DNA from: Beijerinckiaceae bacterium | GTDB lineage: Bacteria; Pseudomonadota; Alphaproteobacteria; Rhizobiales; Beijerinckiaceae | DNA: 64,000 bases | Direction of reading: 5' to 3' | NCBI GenBank assembly: GCA_947454485.1 | Contig: CANGJJ010000012.1 | Location: 1,687-65,686, forward strand | Part shown: positions 1 through 10,561 of the stretch, piece after piece | Numbering within the stretch: the first letter of the stretch is position 1 | Layout of the letters: each line of letters begins with the position of its first letter | Notes under the pieces: model-generated | The model's database searches: none | What the model was told of the DNA's origin: nothing | Seen by the model: only the letters and a program-made list of their open reading frames with translations | Program-made: the position numbers and the translations under genes

Positions 1-93
1 CGCAGACAGATCCACCACATCGCCCTCATGCAAGGCGCCGAGGCGCTCTTGCAAACCAAGGGGCGTTTGAATGCCGAATGTAACGAGCTTCAT
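1..93 (-). CDS. FAH-family (fumarylacetoacetate hydrolase-like) protein, first 31 codons only; the gene runs off the left edge
   Basis: ATG at 93-91 on the minus strand, open to position 1. Translation MKLVTFGIQTPLGLQERLGALHEGDVVDLSA resembles the N-terminus of the complete FAH-family gene at 40513 (MKLCRFNDNRLGLVQGDQVLDV). It starts 3 nt after the cyclase stop, so it is in the same operon. Too short for a firm call. Confidence 0.4.
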   Translation of the reverse strand, partial: MKLVTFGIQTPLGLQERLGALHEGDVVDLSA

Positions 94-96
94 CTG

Positions 97-849
97 TTAA
101 TCCGGCAAAAGCGCAACGACGCGCGACCAGCCTGCTGTGCCTTCTTCGATCTTGACCGGGAAGGCAACCACGGTGAAACCCGTTGGCGGGAGCGCTTCAA
201 GATTGGAGAGGCGCTCGATCTGAAGATATTCACGCTCACGGCCAACAAAGTGGCTTGGCCAAAGCGAATTGGGGATGCCCTTCTTATGGTCTGCCGCCAT
301 GTCGCGCGGTGGACGATCAAGACCCCAAGCGTCAATGCCAATCAGACGAATGCCGTGGTCGAGAATCCAATGGCAGGCATCGGGATGAAGCCCGGGTTGC
401 AGATTGCCGAATTGCGGATTGTCGAAATGTTTCGACGCATCGGTGCGCAGCAAGACCAGTTCACCGGGGACGAGCTGATGCTTGATTTTGTCGAGCGCGG
501 CTTTGACATCATCCACGGTGATATAATCGCCGGGCTTCTTATGCGACAGATCGAGCACAACGCCCGGCCCATAGCACCATTCAAGCGGCACGAATTCGAT
601 GCTCTTGGAGGGTTTGCCTTCGCAGAAAGGACCATAATGAAGCGGCGCATCCACATGTGTGCCGCCATGGGCTGAAAGATTGACGCGCTCATGGGAGAGG
701 CCCAATCCATCTGGAAATCCTGTTGGCAGAAAATCAAAATCCGCTGCGCGTTTGCGAGCCGCCTCTGCATGGGTCATGCGCGTGATTTCAGGACCGCCGG
801 GCTCAAATGACTGATTGCGGATCGTGACGCTCAGATCGATAAAACGCAT
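97..849 (-). CDS. Cyclase-family protein (kynurenine-formamidase-like metal hydrolase)
   Basis: 250-aa ORF. SAHGGTHVDAPLHYG matches the HxGTHxDxPxH cyclase-family metal motif. Tightly packed between the Bug gene (10-nt gap) and the FAH gene (3-nt gap). Confidence 0.85.
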   Translation of the reverse strand: MRFIDLSVTIRNQSFEPGGPEITRMTHAEAARKRAADFDFLPTGFPDGLGLSHERVNLSAHGGTHVDAPLHYGPFCEGKPSKSIEFVPLEWCYGPGVVLDLSHKKPGDYITVDDVKAALDKIKHQLVPGELVLLRTDASKHFDNPQFGNLQPGLHPDACHWILDHGIRLIGIDAWGLDRPPRDMAADHKKGIPNSLWPSHFVGREREYLQIERLSNLEALPPTGFTVVAFPVKIEEGTAGWSRVVALLPD

Positions 850-859
850 TCTGGTCCCC

Positions 860-1831
860 TTATTGTTGTTGTGCGCCGGCGAGCTTCACGAGACGCCCCC
901 ATTTTTCGTAATCTTCTGCGACCTTCGTCTTGAATGCCGCGCGGCTCATATTGCCGCCGACATAAGATTGCGGCTGCAAGAAGCGCGTCTTGAAATCGGC
1001 GCTGTCGACGATCTCTTGAACATCTTTATGGATCTGATCGAGAATGGCGGCAGGCGTACCTGTGGGGGCTGCAAAGCCAAACCAAACGTCGATACTATAG
1101 CCGGGCAATTGCTCGCCAATGGCGGGCAGATCGGGCCGCAGCGGCAAACGATCTTTGGTCGCTGTTGCCAAAATTTTGAGCTTCTTGTCTTTCTCATAAG
1201 CGTCAAAGACGCTGTAAGTGACCATATAGCTCGACACGCGGCTGGCCAGCAGATCGGTCATCGCGGGCGATGAACCGCGGTAAGGCACATGAACCATATC
1301 GAGCTTGGCTTCATGGCGGAAATATTCCATCGCAATATGCGTATAAGTACCAACGCCGGGGCTGGCATAAGTCAGCTTGCCGGGATTGGCTTTTCCATAA
1401 GCGATAAACTCCGCAAGATTATTGGCGGGCACTTCATTGGCCACCGCCAGAACCGGCGCGAGGTGAACGGCCAGAGCGGCCGGTTCCAAATCTTTGCGCG
1501 GATCGAATCTGAGTTTGGGATTCACATGCGGATTGATGCCGAAGGAGCTCGCATCTGAGAAGAGCAGAGTATAGCCATCGGCAGGCGAGCGAATAACAGC
1601 TTCCGTACCAACAGCGGTGCCAGCACCATCTCTGTTTTCGACAAAAACATTCTGGCCCCATTTCTCACTCAAGCGATGGGAGATGGCGCGTGCCACAGTG
1701 TCCGTACCGCCGCCTGCACTGTAAGGCACGATGACTTTCACCGGCTGAGTGGGCCAATCAGCCGCCTGCGCTGACGTGATCGTCATAAGGATTGAGGCCG
1801 CGGCCATAGCGCAGCTCACATGGCGTCCCAT
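860..1831 (-). CDS. Bug-family (TctC-like) tripartite tricarboxylate transporter substrate-binding protein
   Basis: ORF track 860..1837 (GTG). I prefer the ATG at 1831, which has GGGGGAG 6 nt upstream. Signal peptide ends ...TITSAQA/ADWP. PYSAGGGTDTVAR and VENRDGAGTAVG are typical Bug/TctC motifs. Confidence 0.9.
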   Translation of the reverse strand: MGRHVSCAMAAASILMTITSAQAADWPTQPVKVIVPYSAGGGTDTVARAISHRLSEKWGQNVFVENRDGAGTAVGTEAVIRSPADGYTLLFSDASSFGINPHVNPKLRFDPRKDLEPAALAVHLAPVLAVANEVPANNLAEFIAYGKANPGKLTYASPGVGTYTHIAMEYFRHEAKLDMVHVPYRGSSPAMTDLLASRVSSYMVTYSVFDAYEKDKKLKILATATKDRLPLRPDLPAIGEQLPGYSIDVWFGFAAPTGTPAAILDQIHKDVQEIVDSADFKTRFLQPQSYVGGNMSRAAFKTKVAEDYEKWGRLVKLAGAQQQ

Positions 1832-1994
1832 AAGCACCTCCCCCGCCGATTATTTTTTGCTGGGTCCTTTGCGGCCCAGATGTGCAGAGTGTGGGCGGGG
1901 AGCGTCTCAGTCAAGCGGCGCAGATTGGGAGAAGCCTGCGCTCTTCAATTAATTATCAATCCAGCACCAAATTTGAAGGTGAAATGGCGGCGCG

Positions 1995-2582
1995 TCACGA
2001 AACTTTATGATCGGACTTATTCATCTCATCCAGTTTGGCCTTGTAGCCTTGCGCATCGCCATAGTCCGCAAAATCAATATAGCGCGCATGAACTTTTTGC
2101 AGACGATGAGCATGTTTGATCGGACACCAATGCGCCTCGGTGAGAGAGCCGACCTCCATCGCATAAGCGATCACCCCATTGGCATAAGAACAGTAAGCGC
2201 AATTCACTTTCTCGATGAGATTGAGATAGGCGAGATGGTGGCGATCGAAGGCAAAGAAGGATCCGCGATCCACGCGTTTGATGCCATAGACGGGAAAGCA
2301 GACATATTGATAGGCGGTCACAAAGACATCCGTCAGAATGAGCGGCAGCAACAGGCTGTAAATGAGAGGGGCTGTGAGCGCGACCCATGGATTGGCACTT
2401 CGCAGGTAAGTCCAAAGGCCCAATTTAAGCTCGCGGTGTCGCCGCAACATATCTTGTTCAAAGCGAATGCGCCCATCAGTGATGGTGACTTCAAGCCCCG
2501 CCATACGCCGCGCCATTTCGGCTTCGAGCTCCGCTTCGAGCATCCGGATGCGCTCAATGAGAGCATTTATGTTCTGATCCAT
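1995..2582 (-). CDS. Uncharacterised membrane protein: N-terminal coiled coil, hydrophobic hairpin, C-terminal Cys/His cluster
   Basis: 195-aa ORF. Residues 1-45 form a heptad-like segment (LIERIRMLEAELEAEMARRMAGLE). The hydrophobic stretch is WVALTAPLIYSLLLPLILTDVFVTAYQYVCFPVY. The Cys/His cluster is NCAYCSYANG...HWCPIKHAH. I cannot assign a family. Confidence 0.6.
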   Translation of the reverse strand: MDQNINALIERIRMLEAELEAEMARRMAGLEVTITDGRIRFEQDMLRRHRELKLGLWTYLRSANPWVALTAPLIYSLLLPLILTDVFVTAYQYVCFPVYGIKRVDRGSFFAFDRHHLAYLNLIEKVNCAYCSYANGVIAYAMEVGSLTEAHWCPIKHAHRLQKVHARYIDFADYGDAQGYKAKLDEMNKSDHKVS

Positions 2583-2759
2583 GATCTATCCAAATGGCTG
2601 AAGGGTTCGTTGGCGCAGGATAGAGGGAATATGGAGAAAGTCTTGCATCATGCAGACGCTGGACTGTGCGATAGTTTGAAAGGCGATTGCGCTGCAGGCC
2701 GTAGAAGATAGACTTAGCCTTGCCTTCACAGGGTGAGGCGCCGCATCGGGGCTGAGCAC

Positions 2760-3749
2760 ATGCCAATGACATCTTGCCGCAACTGGGTCCTTGCCTGCCT
2801 CGCTGGCGCTATTGTGGTCAGCAGTCCTGCTCGAGCGCAGCAATGGCCGCAGAACCCGATCAAGCTCGTCGTCTCGGCGGCAGCCGGTGGCCCCATTGAT
2901 GTCTTCGCGCGCGTCATGGCCGAGAGCCTCACGCCATCGCTCGGCCAGTCGGTGATTGTTGAGAACATCGCAGGTGCAGGCGGCGCGATTGGCGGGCAAC
3001 ATGTCGCGCGCGCCACGCCTGATGGCTACACAGCCCTGCTTGGCACAAGTGCCACACATACATTCTCGCAGCTGCTCTATAAAAAGCCGCTCTATGATGC
3101 ACAGGCGGATTTTGCATCCGTTGGCTTGATGGCCGAGATTCCCTTGGTGCTCATCACGCGCAAAGATTTACCAGCGCAAACGCTCAGCGAATTTGTTGCC
3201 TATGCCAAGGCCAATGCGCCGAAGATGAATTACGGCTCTGCAGGTGTTGGCTCATCGACCCATCTGGGTTGTGCGCTGCTGGCAAGCGCCATGGCTGTGC
3301 AGATCAACCATGTCCCCTATCGCGGCACAGGCCCCGCGATGCAGGATCTAATGGCGGGGCGCATCGACTTTCTGTGTGAGATCGTGGTGACGGCAGCTCC
3401 CCAGATTGAGGGGAATAATGTGAAGGCCATCGCGACTATGGCCCTTGAGCGCTCACCCGTTTTGCCCAATGTGCCAACCACGGTTGAGAGCGGCTTTCCC
3501 AAGCTGACCGCCGAAAGCTTCACCGCCCTCTTCATGCCGCGCGGTACACCGCGCGAGATCACCGACAAAATGAACAGCGCCATGCTGCGCGCGCTGGATG
3601 AGCCGCAGGTGCGCGCCAAGCTCCAGCAGCTCGGCGCCTCCGTCGTGAAGCCCGAGCGCCGGACGCCCGCTTATCTGGCCAACTTTGTGGGTGATGAGCT
3701 GACGAAATGGCGCAAGATTGTGGAAACGAGCGGAATCGAGCCGCAATAG
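2760..3749 (+). CDS. Bug-family (TctC-like) substrate-binding protein
   Basis: ORF track 2733..3749 (GTG). The ATG at 2760 gives MPMTSCRNWVLACLAGAIVVSSPARAQ/QWP as signal peptide. SAAAGGPIDVFAR and VENIAGAGGAIG motifs are present. The start is uncertain by about 10 codons. Confidence 0.9.
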   Translation: MPMTSCRNWVLACLAGAIVVSSPARAQQWPQNPIKLVVSAAAGGPIDVFARVMAESLTPSLGQSVIVENIAGAGGAIGGQHVARATPDGYTALLGTSATHTFSQLLYKKPLYDAQADFASVGLMAEIPLVLITRKDLPAQTLSEFVAYAKANAPKMNYGSAGVGSSTHLGCALLASAMAVQINHVPYRGTGPAMQDLMAGRIDFLCEIVVTAAPQIEGNNVKAIATMALERSPVLPNVPTTVESGFPKLTAESFTALFMPRGTPREITDKMNSAMLRALDEPQVRAKLQQLGASVVKPERRTPAYLANFVGDELTKWRKIVETSGIEPQ

Positions 3750-3833
3750 GGGACTGATTCCGAGCGCCAAGGACAAGCAAGCTTGTACCCAGCGGATTGG
3801 CTGGGCGGTTCAGATCGGGGAAAATGAAGAGAT

Positions 3834-3907
3834 TGGCTGGGGGACCTGGATTCGAACCAAGATTAACGGAGTCAGAGTCCGCTGTTCTACCGTTGAACTA
3901 TCCCCCA
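3834..3907 (-). tRNA. tRNA-Gln(CUG): tRNA-Gln, anticodon CUG, CCA encoded
   Basis: The reverse complement folds by hand into a 74-nt cloverleaf. Acceptor is TGGGGGA/TCCCCCA and the D arm is GTTC-AACGGTA-GAAC. The anticodon arm is GCGGA-CTCTGAC-TCCGT (anticodon CTG). The T arm is CTTGG-TTCGAAT-CCAGG, followed by discriminator G and CCA. Confidence 0.93.
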
Positions 3908-4167
3908 GCAGGCCGTTGATGCGGCACGCCGGTGGCCGAAGCCATTTGAGAGCGTGCGGTTCAATAATTCGCTGACCTCCCACTGTCAATGCCGCAGCGG
4001 GGCTGCTGGTTAATCAGCCCGGTTTTCCGGGCTTTGCCCAGATTTGAATTGTTCCAGTTATCATCTACGCGCGACCTGTCGACGCTCTTGGGCAAAGGGA
4101 GTATGGTTGCCACTCAGCCCCTATTCAGGCCCTGTGCCGCGAGGGGCAGGTGAGAGGAATGAGCCAA

Positions 4168-5423
<1,256 letters not shown>

Positions 5424-5446
5424 GCGGCCTGTCTCTTTGCCATTGA

Positions 5447-5472
5447 GCGCGGCCTTCGGGTCGCGCTTTTTT
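5447..5472 (+). terminator. Rho-independent terminator after ligB
   Basis: The stem is GCGCGGCC-TTCG-GGTCGCGC (one mismatch), followed by TTTTTT. Confidence 0.75.
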
Positions 5473-5570
5473 ATGATCGCATCATCAATCAGCGCCTCAA
5501 CAGACCAAAGAGGAGGCGAAACCTATAGAGTGACGGACCATTACGAAGCTCAAAATAGTCATGCGCTGAG

Positions 5571-6413
5571 TTAGAGCGTCGCTAAGATCAACTCACGCAA
5601 TTGCGGAGTCACCGCCACTTTCACGCCAAACCAGTCTTCAAAAGCGGGGCGTGCCTGATGCAGCAACATGCCAAGCCCATCGACTGTAGGATTGCCGCGA
5701 ACTGCAGCCTCGCGCAGCAGCGGCGTTTGCAAAGGCACATAGACAATATCAACAACAAGCGCGTTCACCGGTAAGGCGCTGAGATTGAGGTCGAGCGGCG
5801 GCTCACCGACCATGCCCTGGCTGGTCGTATTGACCAAAAGCCCCGCGCCATCGAGCGCAGCCGCTCGGTCCTCCCAAGCAACAGCCTCAACCGATGGGCC
5901 GAACTCTTGCGCCAACGCCTGCGCGCGCGCGGGACTGCGATTGATTAATCTGATCTGCGGGACACCCTCGTCGATCAAGCCTGCGAGAATGGCGCGTGAC
6001 GCGCCACCAGCCCCGATGACAACAGCTGGGGCCTTGTTGAAGACAAAATCGGGCGCTGACTGGCGGATACTTTCGACAAAGCCAAAGGCATCATAATTGC
6101 GCCCTTCGAGGGAGCCGTCTTTCTGCACGACGATGCAATTGACCGCACCAATGCGCCGCGCAAGCGGGTCAACCCTGTCGACGATGCGCAGCGCCTCTTC
6201 TTTATGAGGGATCGTCAGATTGACGCCAGCAAAGCCCAAAGCCGGCAGAGCACGCAAGGCAGCCTCCAATCCGTCAGGACGAATCGCAAGCGGCAGATAG
6301 GCACCCGCCAATCCATGTTGTTGCAACCAATAGCCATGAATTTTGGGCGAGCGCGAATGCATGACGGGCCAACCCATCAAACCGGCAAGCAAGAAGCGTT
6401 CTTGATAGCTCAT
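5571..6413 (-). CDS. aroE: Shikimate/quinate 5-dehydrogenase (AroE/YdiB family)
   Basis: ORF track 5571..6479, with the ATG at 6413 giving MSYQERFLLAGLMGWPVMHSRSPKIHGYW...NLTIPHKE...VIGAGGASRAI. These are the AroE substrate and NAD(P) motifs. A catabolic versus biosynthetic role cannot be decided from sequence. Confidence 0.85.
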   Translation of the reverse strand: MSYQERFLLAGLMGWPVMHSRSPKIHGYWLQQHGLAGAYLPLAIRPDGLEAALRALPALGFAGVNLTIPHKEEALRIVDRVDPLARRIGAVNCIVVQKDGSLEGRNYDAFGFVESIRQSAPDFVFNKAPAVVIGAGGASRAILAGLIDEGVPQIRLINRSPARAQALAQEFGPSVEAVAWEDRAAALDGAGLLVNTTSQGMVGEPPLDLNLSALPVNALVVDIVYVPLQTPLLREAAVRGNPTVDGLGMLLHQARPAFEDWFGVKVAVTPQLRELILATL

Positions 6414-6515
6414 GTGAGGTCTCTTGGCCGTTCCGCGACAGTTGCCTCCCTTCCTAGCTCTTGCTGGCCACAAGGCCAAGAGCTATGTCTTGCGAACAGA
6501 TGGAGAGGAACAGCG

Positions 6516-8423
6516 ATGCTGAGATGGTCAATCGCAACGGTCTGCATGGGCGGCACGCTGGAGGTAAAGCTCGCAGCCGCTGCGCGCGCAGGATTTCGCA
6601 CCATCGAGATTTTCGAGAACGACCTGACCTTCTTCTCAGGCAAGCCGCGCGAAGTACGCGCCATGGCCGATGATCTGGGCCTTGAGATTGTCGGCTTGCA
6701 GCCGATGCGCGATTTTGAGGGCATGCCCGAGCCGATGCGCGCGCGCAATTTTGACCGTGCCCAGCGCAAATTCGATCTCATGGACGAACTGGGCACCAAG
6801 ATGCTGTGCATCTGCTCAAATGTCGCTGAAGAGTCTTTGGGAGATGTCGCGCGCAGCGCGGATGATCTGGCTGAACTTGCCGACCTTGCAGCGCAGCGCG
6901 GTTTTCGCATCGGCTTCGAAGCTCTGGCTTGGGGCCGACATGTGCACGATTGGATGCAGGCTTGGGAGCTTGTGAAGCGCGCTGATCGCTCCAACCTTGG
7001 TATTGTGCTCGACAGTTTCCATATCTTCGCGCGCAAAAATCCCATTGCCCCGATTGAGCAGATCCCCGGTGACAGGATCGCATTGGTACAGGTCGCCGAT
7101 GCGCCGGGCATCCTCATGGATTCCATGTCGCTGTCGCGCCACCATCGCTGCTTCCCCGGACAGGGCGATTGGCCGATCACTGACTTCCTGGATCTGTGCA
7201 TCAACACAGGCTATCGCGGCGCGATCTCGCTCGAAATTTTCAATGATCAGTTTCGCGGCGCGCCTGCTGCCTCTATCGCGCGCGACGGCATGCGTAGTTT
7301 GCAGCTCTGCGGCGAAGAGCTTGATGCGCGCCGCGCAGCAAAAGGCACAGCACCCCTCGCCATCAGCCGCGCTCTGCCCGCAGCGCCACATGTGCGCGGT
7401 CTTGAATTCATCGAATTTGTGACCAGCGGTGCGCATTCACCCCGGCTCGTTGCTGAGCTTGAAGGGCTCGGATTCAAGCGCGTTGCCAAACATCGCTCAA
7501 AAGATGTCGATCTTTTCCGTCAAAATGACATTAACATTGTTGTCAATCGCGAGCAGGATGGCTTTGCTCATTCTTTCTATCTCGTCCATGGCACATCGGT
7601 CTGCGCGCTCGCCTTGCGCCTCGATAAGCCGCAACAGGCGATTGACCGCGCCAATGCTCTTGGCGCACCCACTTATTATGGCCGCATTGGTCCGGGGGAA
7701 GCGTTAATCCCGGCTGTCGCAGGCGTCGAAAATAGTCTCCTGTATTTCATGAAAGATGGCGAGGACAGCACTTGGGATCAGGACTTCATCTTCCTTGATG
7801 ATGGCACGTCCCATGGTCCGCTCACCCGCGTCGATCATCTCAACAATGTTGTGCGGCGCTCTGAATTCCTGTCATGGATCACCTTCTATCAATCGGTGCT
7901 CGGCTTTACCGAAGAGCCGCAGGTTGAGCTGGCTGACCCCTATGGCGCTTTCTATAGCCGCGTCGTGCGAGCAGAAGGCGGTGTGGTGCGCATTCCCCTC
8001 AATATCGCCGATGGTGGCTCAACTGCTGTGTCGCGCTTTATCGAGAATTTCGGTGGCGGCGGTGTGCAACAGATTGCGCTCGCGACAGACGATCTCTTCG
8101 CCTTTGTCGAACGCGCCAAAGCGGCAGGCGTCGAGTTCCTCGATATTCCCGACAATTATTATGAGGATCTCTCGGCCCGCTATGATCTTGAGCCCGATCT
8201 GATCGAGCGCATGCGTCGCCTTGATATTCTCTATGACCGCCACAAGGGCGGTGAGTTCTTCCATATCTATACGCGCATGTTCGACCAGCGCTTCTTCTTC
8301 GAGATTTTGGAGCGCCGGAATTACGATCTCTTCGGTGCTGCCAATACGCCCGTGCGATTGGCTGCGCAGGCCGCCGAGCAAGATGCTGCGAGCCGTGAGC
8401 GGGCCCTTTACGAGCGCGACTGA
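6516..8423 (+). CDS. quiC: 3-dehydroshikimate dehydratase, fused xylose-isomerase-like TIM barrel plus HPPD/VOC-like C-terminal domain (QuiC/QsuB type)
   Basis: ORF track 6204..8423. The ATG at 6516 is preceded by GGAGAGGAA. The N-terminal half (TIEIFENDL...GFEALAWG...SLEIFND) is a sugar-phosphate isomerase/epimerase barrel. The C-terminal half (VDHLNNVV...GGGVQQIALATDD...EILER) is 4-hydroxyphenylpyruvate-dioxygenase-like. At 635 aa the size fits the fused QuiC1/QsuB type. Confidence 0.8.
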   Translation: MLRWSIATVCMGGTLEVKLAAAARAGFRTIEIFENDLTFFSGKPREVRAMADDLGLEIVGLQPMRDFEGMPEPMRARNFDRAQRKFDLMDELGTKMLCICSNVAEESLGDVARSADDLAELADLAAQRGFRIGFEALAWGRHVHDWMQAWELVKRADRSNLGIVLDSFHIFARKNPIAPIEQIPGDRIALVQVADAPGILMDSMSLSRHHRCFPGQGDWPITDFLDLCINTGYRGAISLEIFNDQFRGAPAASIARDGMRSLQLCGEELDARRAAKGTAPLAISRALPAAPHVRGLEFIEFVTSGAHSPRLVAELEGLGFKRVAKHRSKDVDLFRQNDINIVVNREQDGFAHSFYLVHGTSVCALALRLDKPQQAIDRANALGAPTYYGRIGPGEALIPAVAGVENSLLYFMKDGEDSTWDQDFIFLDDGTSHGPLTRVDHLNNVVRRSEFLSWITFYQSVLGFTEEPQVELADPYGAFYSRVVRAEGGVVRIPLNIADGGSTAVSRFIENFGGGGVQQIALATDDLFAFVERAKAAGVEFLDIPDNYYEDLSARYDLEPDLIERMRRLDILYDRHKGGEFFHIYTRMFDQRFFFEILERRNYDLFGAANTPVRLAAQAAEQDAASRERALYERD

Positions 8424-8504
8424 GGTTGGAACTGCATGGCCCTTGCCATGCCTGTGTGCTAGACTTCTTCTCATAAGGCGCAGCAAGCGCCGGGAGGAGA
8501 AACC

Positions 8505-9536
8505 ATGAGACTGAAGGGCCTCATTGCAGCGGCATCACTCATTCTGGCGAGCGCCCTGCCCGCCACTGCGCAAGACAAAGTCATCATCGGCAATACGGCC
8601 ACCGCAACAGACATCGGCCTTTATGTTGCACATAAGCGCGGCTATTTCCGTCAGGAAGGCATTGATGTTGAATTTGTGACCTTCGATTCTGCCGCGCGCA
8701 TGGTCACATCTTTGGCGGGCGGCGATCTGCAGGTGGTTGCAGGAGCCGCGAGCGCAGGCCTTTATAATGCCGTCTCGCGCGGCGTTGATATCCGCATCGT
8801 CTCCGACAAAGTCTCGACCCCCGCAGGGCGCACGAGCCAGACTTTGATCGTGCGCAAAGATCTGATCGAGTCAGGCCGCTTCAAAACGCTTGCAGATCTG
8901 AAGGGCATGAAGATTGCCAATTCCGCACCCGGCACGGCTGCCAGCGTCACGCTCTATAAGATGATCGAAAAGGCCGGCCTGAAGATCACTGATATTGAGC
9001 AGACCTTCCTCGCCTTCCCGCAACATGTTGTCGCGCTCGCCAACAAGGCCGTGGATGCGGCTTTGCCCGCTGAGCCCGCCACGACAGAGGCGGTGAACCG
9101 CGGCTATGCACAGAAGGTTTTGACCGATGATGAGGCCTATCCTGGCCACCAGATCGCGGTCATCTTCTATTCAGGACAGTTTGCGACGCAGAAACCCGAA
9201 GTCGCGCGCAAATTCCTGAAGGCCTTTATTCGCGGCGTGCGCGACCATAATGATGCGCTCGATGCGCAGGGTCGTTTTGTGGGCGACAAAGGTGAGGAGA
9301 TTATCAAGATCCTCAACGAATATACGCCGATCAAAGACCCGCAATTCTATCGCAACTTCCCGCTCGCTTATTGCCATCCAGATGGCACAGTCAATGTCGA
9401 CAGTCTGAAGACAGACTATGCGATTTTGAAAGGTGAAAAGCTGATTGAGGGCGATGTGAATGTCGACAAAATCGTCGACATGTCCTTCCTCAATGCGGTC
9501 TTGAAAGAGCTCGGGCCATACAAAAAGGCCAACTGA
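8505..9536 (+). CDS. Periplasmic substrate-binding protein, NitT/TauT (NMT1/SsuA-like) family
   Basis: 343 aa. Signal peptide is ...ASALPATAQ/DK. The fold family is judged from overall similarity to SsuA/TauA-type SBPs. It is a paralog of 46453..47508, and both end in LGPYKK. Confidence 0.85.
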   Translation: MRLKGLIAAASLILASALPATAQDKVIIGNTATATDIGLYVAHKRGYFRQEGIDVEFVTFDSAARMVTSLAGGDLQVVAGAASAGLYNAVSRGVDIRIVSDKVSTPAGRTSQTLIVRKDLIESGRFKTLADLKGMKIANSAPGTAASVTLYKMIEKAGLKITDIEQTFLAFPQHVVALANKAVDAALPAEPATTEAVNRGYAQKVLTDDEAYPGHQIAVIFYSGQFATQKPEVARKFLKAFIRGVRDHNDALDAQGRFVGDKGEEIIKILNEYTPIKDPQFYRNFPLAYCHPDGTVNVDSLKTDYAILKGEKLIEGDVNVDKIVDMSFLNAVLKELGPYKKAN

Positions 9537-9544
9537 ACTGAAAA

Positions 9545-9569
9545 GGCCCTCCTCGCGGAGGGCCTTTTT
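9545..9569. terminator. Bidirectional intrinsic terminator between convergent genes
   Basis: AAAA-GGCCCTCC-TCGC-GGAGGGCC-TTTTT, a perfect 8-bp GC stem flanked by an A-run and a T-run. Confidence 0.8.
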
Positions 9570-9575
9570 GCTGGG

Positions 9576-10547
9576 TCAGACGCGGCCCTTGAGCAGCGCT
9601 TTGGCATTGTCTTCCAGAATAAGCTTGCCCTTGGGCCCAAGCGCACGAATGCCCTCGATGAAGCCCTTGGTGATGCCAGCGGTGCGGATCTCTTGCGGAT
9701 AATCCGTACCGAACAACAAGCGCGAGGCCGGAATTTCCACCAGCGCTGTCTCCACAGAGCCCATCACGCCGCAGAAGCCGCCCGAGTCAAAGAGCAGATT
9801 ATTGTTCATATAATAATCGAACTCTTTTTGCGGCAGCGCGCCGTGGCGCTCATTGCCCTTGGTGCCCCAGAACACTTTGTCTTGATAAGCGCGAATGCGG
9901 CCCATGAGCGCAGAGATGCCGCCTGACAGATGCGACATCTGCACGATGAGATTGGGGTGACGATCAAAGACGCCCGCATTGATCAGGCGGATTGTTGCCA
10001 TGACGAGCGAGAATTCGCGGCCCACAGAACGCGCCAGATCATAAGCGTCAAACTGCTTTGATTCATTCAGCTTCAACGCCGGATGCACAAAGACGAAGAG
10101 GCCGAGGCGCGCGCATTCGGCCCAGAATGGCTCAAATTCAGGCGCATCGAGATACAGACCATCCTGCTCAGAGGTGATGGTGACGCCGGGGAAGCCATAG
10201 TCCTGCGCGCAGCGGTTCAGCTCTTTGAGGGCCTCTGGGCCACCCAGAGGATTGACATGCGCATAGCCGATGAAGCGCTTGGGATAGTCCTTCTCCAGCT
10301 GCTTGGCTTTGTCATTCACAAAGCGCGAGCGCTCAAGATCAGCGGCCATACCAGCGGCGCAGCTCATCACTGCGACATCAATGCCGGCCTCGTCCATCAT
10401 GCTGATATGCGCATCCATGTCGAAGAGCAGCTTATGCGTCGTATAGCTCGGCGCGCCATTCTCGTCATAGGTGAGGATGAGCTTGTCGCCGGGATCTTGC
10501 TTGACGAGTTCGCGCGGGACGAAGTGATGGTGGAAATCGACGATCAT
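9576..10547 (-). CDS. Amidohydrolase_2 family protein (ACMSD/LigW-like metal-dependent decarboxylase or hydrolase)
   Basis: ORF track 9576..10565 (TTG). The ATG at 10547 is preceded by GGAGGA. MIVDFHHHFVP is the HxH metal motif of the PF04909-type family. It is the last gene of the Rieske alpha-beta operon. Confidence 0.85.
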   Translation of the reverse strand: MIVDFHHHFVPRELVKQDPGDKLILTYDENGAPSYTTHKLLFDMDAHISMMDEAGIDVAVMSCAAGMAADLERSRFVNDKAKQLEKDYPKRFIGYAHVNPLGGPEALKELNRCAQDYGFPGVTITSEQDGLYLDAPEFEPFWAECARLGLFVFVHPALKLNESKQFDAYDLARSVGREFSLVMATIRLINAGVFDRHPNLIVQMSHLSGGISALMGRIRAYQDKVFWGTKGNERHGALPQKEFDYYMNNNLLFDSGGFCGVMGSVETALVEIPASRLLFGTDYPQEIRTAGITKGFIEGIRALGPKGKLILEDNAKALLKGRV

Positions 10548-10561
10548 GGGTCCTCCGGGGG

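Noticed and set aside
1838-1994. Hairpin CTGGGTCC-TTTGC-GGCCCAG as a terminator for the hypothetical membrane-protein gene
   Set aside because: The T-run lies on the wrong side of the stem for the minus-strand gene and the stem is imperfect, so this is not supportable.
3908-4149. Possible small RNA, riboswitch or small ORF upstream of ligA
   Set aside because: I could not find a conserved riboswitch core, a convincing hairpin plus U-tract, or an SD-preceded ORF. It is treated as a promoter/leader region only.
3750-4150. tRNA-Gln as an integration site of a genomic island
   Set aside because: There is no integrase, no direct repeat of the tRNA 3' end that I could spot, and no mobility genes on either side. 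The flanks are ordinary catabolic genes.
6204-6515. N-terminal extensions in the ORF track (6204 for quiC, 11951 for the dehydrogenase, 12482 for the Rieske alpha, 13314 for the bicupin, 18378 for UbiD, 39426 for the aldolase, 48242 for the cupin, 47995 for SnoaL, 63960 for the isochorismatase)
   Set aside because: The extensions overlap neighbouring genes or divergent promoters and have no homology-like sequence. Internal starts carry good SD sites or coincide with the onset of family motifs or signal peptides.
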